Below are positions 1 through 8,470 of a DNA stretch of 64,000 nucleotides, piece by piece (position 1 is the stretch's first letter; each line of letters starts with the position of its first letter). The DNA is taken from the IMG/VR virus record IMGVR_UViG_3300005253_000946, one strand, 5' to 3'. The notes under the pieces are model-generated. The model saw only the letters and a program-made list of their open reading frames with translations. It searched no databases and was not told the origin of the DNA. This stretch comes from a virus. The position numbers and the translations under genes were made by a program.

Positions 1-1
1 C

Positions 2-3000
2 TTCCTGATCCAATCCGTACAAGAATCTAGAGTAGAACGGGCACAGATTATAGAGACATTTGGAGAATCTTTTGTATTCTTCTTCGACGAACGTCCTGTA
101 GTGTTACAGATAGCTGGTGTACTTCTGAACTCTTACGATTTTGAGTGGGCGGCAGAATGGTTTGAGAACTACGAAAGGTATCTCAGAGGGACTAGGTGTG
201 TAGAGGCCGATGCTAGAGTGTATTTGGCTTACGACGACATAATTGTAGAAGGGTATATTATGAATACCCAATCTACGCGAGAGGTAAACATGCCTTATGC
301 AGTACCGTTTAGTTTCTCGTTCTTTGTAACTAATTACTACAACTGGGGTTTTAGAGAGCCTCCAGGAAACATAAGTCCAAGAGATAAAGTACGTAATTTT
401 GATGCTGACTATTCTCGTAGTCTGAAGGAGACAGTTCTTAAAGCTCTACAATACGGGGACTTCGTTCTCAGGACTGGATTAGAAAGTTTAAATTCAGCTC
501 TAGATTTTGTAATGTTCGCAGGCAATGCTGCTGGAGCTATAGCCAGTACAGGCGGTCAACTAGAATCCCTACCTCCAGAAGAGCTAGCAAGGTATAATCA
601 AATCGGAGGAACATTTACAGTACCTGACTACTATGAAAGAAAGGTAGAGTATCTGATTTATGACGGAGGATTAATTGAAGATGATTTAGGAAAACTCTCT
701 AGATGGATTGGTGATAACCTTATCGATCCTATAGGGTGGTTCGGCAAACTAGCTGATGCGTATAGTGCCTTCGGGCCTTATGTAGCCAGATTGGCCAACC
801 TTCTTTTGGCTATTAGATGGTTAGTTAAAGCGCATGAAGAAACACCGTTCTTCGAAAATAGCCTTAGTCTTAGTATTAATGACTTAGCTGATCTATTTCC
901 TTGGGAACCCGAAGCTCCTCAGCCTAGATACGGTTTAGAGGAGGAAGGAAGACGCCCAGTTGATTTACTTCAGCCTCCAACGTTATCATACGAATTTACA
1001 CCCTCGTTTAGCGGAATCATAGTTAATGCAGAGACTGTAGGTAACCGAGTCGTCGTCGATATGGACTTACCTATAGGAGAAGATGTTCTAGGAGCGGGAA
1101 TCTTCGCTGATGTATTCGCAACCAGTAATGATCCTGAAGGACCTGTGTCTGTATCTTTTAATAAGGACTATGGTCCTCCGTTAGCTGGAGATGGAAAGGC
1201 CTTTATAAATCCTAATGAAGGGCTAGTGACAATAGGAACGGCTGGAGGAATTGATGGATCTGGGGTTTTTAAAATAGGTATAACTAACCTACAACAAGGA
1301 GTTTATCATTTATCCGCTGTCCCTAGTAAGGTAGTGGAAGTAGAGGGTATAGGGTCAGTAGTAAAAATAGGAGAGCCTATTTACTTTCAATTCAATGTTA
1401 TTGATACAGATAATCAAGGCCCTCTTTTTGGAGGTACTCCTATAACTATACAGAACGAACCTCCGACTATTTACCCTGGCTCTTCTCTTAGTCTTTTATC
1501 TGACGTAACAGATCCGGACGGTGACTTGATAAATTATGAATGGTCTATATTGTCAGGGCCAGATACTAGTGTGACTTTATTTGGTAGTAGTGAAGGGCCT
1601 AATACTACTTTAGGGAGACTAGCACTCCCAGGTGATTATGTGGTTCTACTCAGAGCGTTTAATTTTAATGGCCCCCTTCTTGTAGAAAGTACGACTACTA
1701 AAACTATAACGGTAGCCCCATTCCCAGATATTAAGCCTATCGCTAATCCTGGGCCTGCAGTTGCTGCTTCATATGGACAATCTGTGGTATTGAACGGACT
1801 AGATAGTCTAGACGGTATCTCTCTGGTATTTAACGAGGCTACACAACAGTTTGAGTCTACAGGGATCGAAGAACAGGAATTAACGTACCAATGGACTCCT
1901 GTTAATTTTACTTCTGGTGTAGAAGCTACTCTATTGAATGGTACTGTCTCGGTAGCTGTTTTAGATTTGTTAGAGCCTGGAACTTATATTGTAAGACTTG
2001 TAGTTACGAGAGTGTCTGACGCTGAAGATAGTGAAGAGGCGTTTGTCACTATAGAAGCTCTTAACACTCCTCCAGTAGCTGTTTTAGAAAATTTAACTAC
2101 AGTTGTTGACCCTGTGTCTGGTCTACTAGTTACGGCAAACGTACTTCCTGTCGGAGGTACATTCCTTTTTACCGGCGTTAATAGCACTGATGAAGAGAAT
2201 GACGACATAGCTTCCTTTACCAATATTATTTGGACATTTGATTCCTTTCCAACAGGGTTTAGTGGGGCACTTACACCATCAGGTACTTATGGGGAAGATG
2301 TTTCATTTGATGCAGATGTTTCAGGAAATTATACAATCAGGTTGCGTGTAGAAGATGAGTTCAATGGTTGGAGTGAGAATATAATTACTGTGTTCGCTGG
2401 TGGTGTTCCAGAAGCTCTTATCGATCCAGCAACAATAGGAGCCATCCTTGTAGGGTCTACATTAGAACTCGATGGAAGGTTGAGTAAGGATGCAAATGGT
2501 ATAGATCAATTTGTGGGTGGAGGAGATCCTCTTGGGTATAAGTGGTTTATAGATTCTGTGACCGATCTTTTGTTAACTCCTGTGACCGATCACAATGCGT
2601 ATATAGAAGGCGCTGATTTAGGTGTAGCAAGGTTTGTCCCTGATCACACTAGAGAATTAACCTACACTGTTAAGTTAATTGTCACCTTATTATCTACAGG
2701 AGGCGCTGAACCGTTCCCTCTCACAAGCCCTATAGATAGTGATCCTTCTGCCATTCCTGCGATTTTCAGTGCATATAGACCACCTTCAGCTGAGATAGAT
2801 GCTGTTGGGTATGATGAGCAGGGATCTAATGCTAATGAAGCAACCCCTAATCAGCTATCGCAGATTGACGCCCAAGTATTATTCTCAACTCCTGTAGATT
2901 TAAACGGAAGTGATAGTATTGATCCCACAGCCGGTGCTGCCGGAGGTCTAGAGTATTTATGGGAAGTGATAAGTGAACCTGACGGTAATGTCGTCGAAGC

Positions 3001-4513
3001 ATTTTCTGAGGCTATTGTAGCTTCTCCGCATGTCACAGTAGAGCTTCCTATACTAGGTTCGATAATTATAGAAGATGCATCTAGAGTAGCTCCTTTAAAC
3101 GCTATCCTCTCACAACAACCATTTCAAATAGACACAGAAGTTGTAGGAGAAGCATTAACGCCGACAGGTAATCCTTTAGTGTTTACTACGGCCAACACTG
3201 ATTTAATTCCACCAGGTATTACTTTAGACACAGGAGTTACATCATTACCTGAGACAGTCTATATTGGCGTAGTACCTGCCTCTAAAGACGCAGAAGCTGT
3301 TGTAACACCCTTTATTGGTGAGGCATTGGTTCAGGTTGGTAGCGATCCTCTTGTGTGGTCAGTTCCTGGCCCTATTAATGTAAATACGGAAACAGTTTAT
3401 GATGATGGAACTCCGTTAGATGCTGCCCCAGCACAGACTGTAGAAAGTATAGTAGGAGAAATCCCGACACAATTACCTCCTGTAGCTGTTACTCAAGCTA
3501 TTTTAGTAGCTGACGAGACAAACGTTCCTGGTGTAGTTGGTACTCCTAGTGCTGCACCTGTATTTAACGAAGAGACACAACAGTTTGAAGAGGGGATATA
3601 TGATGAAGAGACGGGAGAACTGATAGGTGTGGTTCCTAATGTAGAAGGATTTGGCGACATAGGGAACAACTTACATTTCTTAGCACCCGATAGCCATCTT
3701 GTAGTTGACTCAGAAACAATTTATGAAGAAGGTGTCGCTTTAATTAAGAACACCGATTACACGATTGATTATGTAATCGGTAAAGTAATTTTCTTGAGAG
3801 ATGCTATAGCAGACCCTCCTCCTACAGACATTAGAGCTGACTACACATACGATGCGTTCGAGTGGCAGTTGGTTAGTACAGATGTTCAACCTGGAAGTGA
3901 GGTTGTTACAACTGACGCTGGACCGCTTACTCTGGGTATTGACTACAACATAGACTATATAGCCGGTGAGCTGGTATTTGCAGTTTCCCCTACAAACCCG
4001 GTGGTAGATTATGATTATGTAAATACACCAGTACCTGGGTATTCCATCGACTATATCACTGGGGTAGTCACGTTTGCTGTTGAACCGGTGAACCCTACTA
4101 TGGATTTCACAAAAACGTTGTTCGACAATGCCGATTATATTATTAACTATACAACCGGTACGGTAGTCTTCTCTAGTGTCCCTACGGCAGCAGTATTTAT
4201 AGACTATACATACAAAGAGTTCTACTCTTCTGAATATTCTGTAGATTACGGAACCGGTACGGTCACTATTCTTGTAGCATTTAATCCTGGAACGACTAAT
4301 ATTGTATATCGTAATGAAAAGACTGGCGTAGGTCTTGGAGAGGAGTTTAGTGACGTAGCTGATTCCCTAGCTGCAATTACTACGTTCTCTCCGTCGAAAC
4401 CAGGTAGTTATTTGGTTAGACTCAAAGTTAATTATGTCAATACTCCAGGACTTTATGGAGATGCAGCACTGATGCTTATTAATGCACAAGAAGCGCCGGA
4501 GGCAGTGGCTTAA
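2..4513 (+). CDS. Giant virion structural protein (5'-partial): N-terminal putative tail/baseplate domain, multiple PKD/K319L-like Ig domains and nested DY-x-V-D-Y-x-x-G modules
   Basis: Frame is open from base 2 (FLIQSVQESRVERAQIIETFGESFVFFF...), so the track start at 101 is internal. PKD-like units: DPDGDLINYEWSILSGP...PGDYVVLLRA; PIANPG..SVVLNGLDS..LTYQW..PGTYIVRLVV; NTPPVAV..SGNYTIRLRVED. Acidic and Lys-poor, in the tail operon. Confidence 0.7.
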   Translation, partial: FLIQSVQESRVERAQIIETFGESFVFFFDERPVVLQIAGVLLNSYDFEWAAEWFENYERYLRGTRCVEADARVYLAYDDIIVEGYIMNTQSTREVNMPYAVPFSFSFFVTNYYNWGFREPPGNISPRDKVRNFDADYSRSLKETVLKALQYGDFVLRTGLESLNSALDFVMFAGNAAGAIASTGGQLESLPPEELARYNQIGGTFTVPDYYERKVEYLIYDGGLIEDDLGKLSRWIGDNLIDPIGWFGKLADAYSAFGPYVARLANLLLAIRWLVKAHEETPFFENSLSLSINDLADLFPWEPEAPQPRYGLEEEGRRPVDLLQPPTLSYEFTPSFSGIIVNAETVGNRVVVDMDLPIGEDVLGAGIFADVFATSNDPEGPVSVSFNKDYGPPLAGDGKAFINPNEGLVTIGTAGGIDGSGVFKIGITNLQQGVYHLSAVPSKVVEVEGIGSVVKIGEPIYFQFNVIDTDNQGPLFGGTPITIQNEPPTIYPGSSLSLLSDVTDPDGDLINYEWSILSGPDTSVTLFGSSEGPNTTLGRLALPGDYVVLLRAFNFNGPLLVESTTTKTITVAPFPDIKPIANPGPAVAASYGQSVVLNGLDSLDGISLVFNEATQQFESTGIEEQELTYQWTPVNFTSGVEATLLNGTVSVAVLDLLEPGTYIVRLVVTRVSDAEDSEEAFVTIEALNTPPVAVLENLTTVVDPVSGLLVTANVLPVGGTFLFTGVNSTDEENDDIASFTNIIWTFDSFPTGFSGALTPSGTYGEDVSFDADVSGNYTIRLRVEDEFNGWSENIITVFAGGVPEALIDPATIGAILVGSTLELDGRLSKDANGIDQFVGGGDPLGYKWFIDSVTDLLLTPVTDHNAYIEGADLGVARFVPDHTRELTYTVKLIVTLLSTGGAEPFPLTSPIDSDPSAIPAIFSAYRPPSAEIDAVGYDEQGSNANEATPNQLSQIDAQVLFSTPVDLNGSDSIDPTAGAAGGLEYLWEVISEPDGNVVEAFSEAIVASPHVTVELPILGSIIIEDASRVAPLNAILSQQPFQIDTEVVGEALTPTGNPLVFTTANTDLIPPGITLDTGVTSLPETVYIGVVPASKDAEAVVTPFIGEALVQVGSDPLVWSVPGPINVNTETVYDDGTPLDAAPAQTVESIVGEIPTQLPPVAVTQAILVADETNVPGVVGTPSAAPVFNEETQQFEEGIYDEETGELIGVVPNVEGFGDIGNNLHFLAPDSHLVVDSETIYEEGVALIKNTDYTIDYVIGKVIFLRDAIADPPPTDIRADYTYDAFEWQLVSTDVQPGSEVVTTDAGPLTLGIDYNIDYIAGELVFAVSPTNPVVDYDYVNTPVPGYSIDYITGVVTFAVEPVNPTMDFTKTLFDNADYIINYTTGTVVFSSVPTAAVFIDYTYKEFYSSEYSVDYGTGTVTILVAFNPGTTNIVYRNEKTGVGLGEEFSDVADSLAAITTFSPSKPGSYLVRLKVNYVNTPGLYGDAALMLINAQEAPEAVA

Positions 4514-4516
4514 ATC

Positions 4517-7500
4517 ATGGCTACGAACGTATTTAACATAGGAGCTTTTGAAGGCCCAACTTACTCTTTAGGTACACTAAATGGGCAAGATGGATGGGCC
4601 GGAGGAAATCCTGCTAATTTTACTGTTATCGCTGATCCCACAGGTGGAGGTAATGGACAAGTAGTAGAAATGACTAGTGGAATTTCTACTGGATTTTCAA
4701 AGAGTTTGATCGGATCTCCTGTAGGGTTTGGTGATTGGGATGTTACTGCAAAAGTATATATAGCTCTCGGCGGTAAGGTTGAAGTAGGACTAGAGAAAGG
4801 GGAAGTACGTTCAGTTACTATTGAAGATCAAAACGGTACTGATGTCTTAGTTACGTTTGAAGACGGTTTTACTAAAGTAGTTCTCGGAGCTGTTGCTAGT
4901 GCTTGGGTGACAGTAAGACAAGTATTTGATTATAGAAACTCTGATATCAAATGTTATGTAGATACGGTTTTAGAAAATACTGCTAAGTTGGATGACGTAC
5001 TTCGAAGTGGTGCAGACAACGTACAAGTAACAGCTTACGGAGCTGCTATTACTTATATGGCCGATGTAAGTGTGGATTATCTCTCTATCCCTTTTGCTAC
5101 TAGTATAAATCAATCACCAAACCCTACAGCTGAAGGTTTTGAAGATTTGTTGTTTTCATATCTCTTTGGAGATTCTAATGGTCAGTCAGAAGCAGGGTCA
5201 CAAATTAGGTGGAGACATACCCCATCCCCTATAGATAAAGCATTGGAATTACGTGATATAGGCCCCAGTGTCTTTACGGGTATGGATAATCCCAATAGAC
5301 AGTCTGCTGGATTTAATATCAATACAGCTACCTCAACCCCAGAAGATTGGGATTATAGATTAAAATTTTCTATACCATCATCGAGTGAAGGATTTATAAC
5401 AGGCCCTCTTGTGGTAGTTATTTGGGTTGTAGATAGTGGAGGTTACCTCTTCCAGTTAATGCTTGAATATGACGGAACCACTCTTAGTGTTTATACAACC
5501 GATTACTCCACTGGAACATTTGTAACTACTTTAGCCTTAGACACTGTACACGATATATATATTCTACCTACTTGGGATGGTGCTTCATCCACTGCCACTC
5601 TAGATATAAACGGCACTCTTTATTCACCAGCATGGCCTGTAGAAGGTCCAGATGGCGGACTTACTCACGCATTTCTCTTTGATGCTAGACCACATGATCT
5701 AGGAGACGGTTATCAAGAACTTGGAGGATATGGTGGAGTTATCGAGTTTAGTCAGATAACAGTTAGGAAAATAACAGGAGGACCTACAAGTATACTTACA
5801 GAAGACTTTCAGGGTTTAAATGTAGGATCTATACAAGGACAAAATGTTGCTGTAGGACCTGAAATCTGGACTTATCTTGGGAATATTAATAATTTCGGAG
5901 ATGATGTAGGACATGTAGTCCCACTTGGTGGTGGTAATGTAGTTCCGGCTTTGAACAATCTATTAACTGTTCCAGCTGCTTCTACAGTAGAAGGTTTTTA
6001 TAGAGCTGAAGTTATACCTAAAAACTCTGAAACTACTAGCGGTAGACCATATGTCTCACCATTCCCTACTGAAGTTATTTCATTAACTAACCCTCCTCCT
6101 ACAGCAGACCCGGCATTTATAAATCCTTTAGTACCTTTTGTGGTAGACGATTTATTTGCTGATTATACTTATTATGATCCAAACAGTGATCCAGAGTCTG
6201 GATCTGAAATACGTTGGGAGAGTATAGCCGCTCCTTCCGGTAATCGATATTTACAATTAAAGGCTTACGGTACGACACCTGAAAATGAGGGCTGGGAAGC
6301 TGTTATGCGAGAAGTAGGGGGTCCTGTAAATCTCAAAACTATTCGGTATACATTTGATTTTACTATTCCTGTTGGATTACCTACTGATGCTTCTGTATGG
6401 ATGATTTTAGTAAATGGTACAGGATATGAAATCCCGGTCAGATACTATTGGGATGGGGCTAATGTTAAAGTCGATGTCTATAGTGGAGGGTATAGTACAG
6501 TAGTAGGTTCTGTATCGACTACAGCAGGAGTTCAGCACAATTTAGTTATCACTATTAGTTGGAATAACCCTAATTTTTCTGGAAGTATAGAAGTAGATGC
6601 CGGTGGTCCGGTTGTAATAGCTTCTACAGCCGCTAATGCTGCTGGTGGTCCAGCTGCTCAATCTATTATTCTTGTGGCAGGTTATCTTTTAGCTAATGGT
6701 TTTGGTGAGATGTTGTTAGACAATATTGATATACAAGATATAACAGGAGCACCAGTCGTAATATTTTCTGAAGGTTTTAGTGGGCTGGAGACCGGGGATC
6801 TTATATCTCAGGATTCGTGGACAAGTTCCGGTGATCCTACTGTTGCGTCTCCTAGAGTAGTGTCTGCTGGAGGGGAGGCTGTTGAAGAATCAACTTATGA
6901 CGATCTTACAATTGTACCTAACGCTGCTACTTCTATAGGAGAGGTATGGAGATACCGAGTCCATCCTAATGATGGAACTATTTTCGGTCAGTGGGTAACT
7001 TCGACCGAAGCTAGAATAATTGAAGTTCAGCCGATAGCTTTAAATCCGTTTATTACTCCTTTTATTCCGGCAGATGAAGATGATCTCACCGCTAATTATA
7101 CCTATTCGCATCCTACCGATCCAGAATCCGGTTCAGAGATAAGGTGGCACAAAGCTATTTATGATAGAGGTATGGTGATTCGACGACGAGGTTCTTTAGC
7201 CGATGCAGCTATTTTAGATATGGGTGGTGGTTTAACTACAAACACTATTCAATATCGGTTACGAGTTAGATCCCCATCGTTTTCGACCGCAGGAAACACT
7301 AAGGTTATACTTACAAATGGAGACGGAACTTTCGCTAAGATTATGTTCTTTACCACTGATGGTTTAGGGGGTAATGTAACTGTAGGCCTGTTCGGAGCCA
7401 TACCTGGGTCTATTTTACCGGATACGTGGTATACTATGATACTTACTGTTGATTGGGCCACAAGATTGCCTACTGTCTTTTCTTTTGATGATGGTATTAA

Positions 7501-8470
7501 CCCTGTTATAGAACCAGACAAGTCTGCTTGGGATGATACCCCTCTTGGCGGTGGACCTATAGATCTCACTAGGAGATCATTTACTTTTACAGGAGACGAT
7601 ACTCCTGGTGGGTACGTAGAGTTCTTAGCTGACGATTTTGTTTTTGATGATCTGACAGCTATCTCTAATTTGTACACACAAGATTTCTCGACTATTAGTG
7701 AAGGTCCTCTAAACAATAGAGCTGGCTGGTTTACACCAGTAGATCCAGTTACATCTATGCCCCTTGTTCGAGATAATATAGTAACGGACACAATAGTTAC
7801 CTCTCTTAATGATCTACTGGTTGTTCCTGATGTAGAGACCTCGATAGGAGAACAATGGTTCTTTACTGTTAAACCCAATAATGGGTCTATATTTGGGGCA
7901 ATTGTACAGTCTCCTCCAGTAACGATAGGCTTAGGAGGTCTCTCAACAGTCTATGATGCTATAGTCGGTGTGCCTTATGAAATAATGGTACAGACAGTAG
8001 GTAAGCAGCATCCTTATACGTTTGAGTGGACAGTTGTTACATCTCCGAACGGTAGAGATCCTGAAATAGATGACTCTACTAAACAACGAACTTCGGTAAC
8101 GTTTAGGCAACCGGGTGATTTTACAATGCGTTGTAAAGTTATAGGAGCTGGTGTGGCGGCTAAATTTGTAGAGATACCAATCAGAGTAGCCCCATCTGTA
8201 AGTGTATCTGGTACGGTATTTGGAGATTCTAATGGGGGAGTAGCCGATACATACGTACCTGTTGCGTCTGAGGTAGAATCTGGAGAGTATACTCCAGCAT
8301 ATCTATGGGAGATAATAGAAGAACCTATACCTGGAGCAGGATTTTTAGACTCTCCTTTAAGTCCTTTGACAGCTCTAATTACTAACGTTGTCGGAGACTA
8401 CACACTTAGATTAATAGTAGTATCCAATGCTAAAGTGAACACAGCTTTCTTTAAAATTAAGGTGACATAA
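4517..8470 (+). CDS. Large virion adhesin-like protein: lectin-like (LamG/ConA-type) domains, three Ig-like repeats and C-terminal PKD-like domains
   Basis: 1317 aa. Three repeats of Y-x-Y-x-D-P-x2-D-P-E-S-G-S-E-I-R-W ... L-x-V-P-x3-T-x-I-G-E-x-W-x3-V-x-P-x-D/N-G. F-x-G-x3-G-x-L-x-G-Q-x-G-W lectin-like motifs. C-terminal YTFEWTVVTSP..PGDFTMR and YLWEIIEEP..GDYTLRL. Confidence 0.65.
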   Translation: MATNVFNIGAFEGPTYSLGTLNGQDGWAGGNPANFTVIADPTGGGNGQVVEMTSGISTGFSKSLIGSPVGFGDWDVTAKVYIALGGKVEVGLEKGEVRSVTIEDQNGTDVLVTFEDGFTKVVLGAVASAWVTVRQVFDYRNSDIKCYVDTVLENTAKLDDVLRSGADNVQVTAYGAAITYMADVSVDYLSIPFATSINQSPNPTAEGFEDLLFSYLFGDSNGQSEAGSQIRWRHTPSPIDKALELRDIGPSVFTGMDNPNRQSAGFNINTATSTPEDWDYRLKFSIPSSSEGFITGPLVVVIWVVDSGGYLFQLMLEYDGTTLSVYTTDYSTGTFVTTLALDTVHDIYILPTWDGASSTATLDINGTLYSPAWPVEGPDGGLTHAFLFDARPHDLGDGYQELGGYGGVIEFSQITVRKITGGPTSILTEDFQGLNVGSIQGQNVAVGPEIWTYLGNINNFGDDVGHVVPLGGGNVVPALNNLLTVPAASTVEGFYRAEVIPKNSETTSGRPYVSPFPTEVISLTNPPPTADPAFINPLVPFVVDDLFADYTYYDPNSDPESGSEIRWESIAAPSGNRYLQLKAYGTTPENEGWEAVMREVGGPVNLKTIRYTFDFTIPVGLPTDASVWMILVNGTGYEIPVRYYWDGANVKVDVYSGGYSTVVGSVSTTAGVQHNLVITISWNNPNFSGSIEVDAGGPVVIASTAANAAGGPAAQSIILVAGYLLANGFGEMLLDNIDIQDITGAPVVIFSEGFSGLETGDLISQDSWTSSGDPTVASPRVVSAGGEAVEESTYDDLTIVPNAATSIGEVWRYRVHPNDGTIFGQWVTSTEARIIEVQPIALNPFITPFIPADEDDLTANYTYSHPTDPESGSEIRWHKAIYDRGMVIRRRGSLADAAILDMGGGLTTNTIQYRLRVRSPSFSTAGNTKVILTNGDGTFAKIMFFTTDGLGGNVTVGLFGAIPGSILPDTWYTMILTVDWATRLPTVFSFDDGINPVIEPDKSAWDDTPLGGGPIDLTRRSFTFTGDDTPGGYVEFLADDFVFDDLTAISNLYTQDFSTISEGPLNNRAGWFTPVDPVTSMPLVRDNIVTDTIVTSLNDLLVVPDVETSIGEQWFFTVKPNNGSIFGAIVQSPPVTIGLGGLSTVYDAIVGVPYEIMVQTVGKQHPYTFEWTVVTSPNGRDPEIDDSTKQRTSVTFRQPGDFTMRCKVIGAGVAAKFVEIPIRVAPSVSVSGTVFGDSNGGVADTYVPVASEVESGEYTPAYLWEIIEEPIPGAGFLDSPLSPLTALITNVVGDYTLRLIVVSNAKVNTAFFKIKVT

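Noticed and set aside
1826-3589. 30-nt near-repeat (26/30 identical) at 1826-1855 and 3560-3589 encoding VFNExTQQFE
   Set aside because: Only two copies, both in frame inside one gene. Best explained as a small intragenic duplication, not a regulatory or mobile repeat.
7249-7878. 209-aa - strand ORF, and the many other 60-180-aa antisense ORFs inside long genes
   Set aside because: They lie wholly opposite well-supported genes, have no SD or recognisable motifs, and are expected shadows of biased codon usage.
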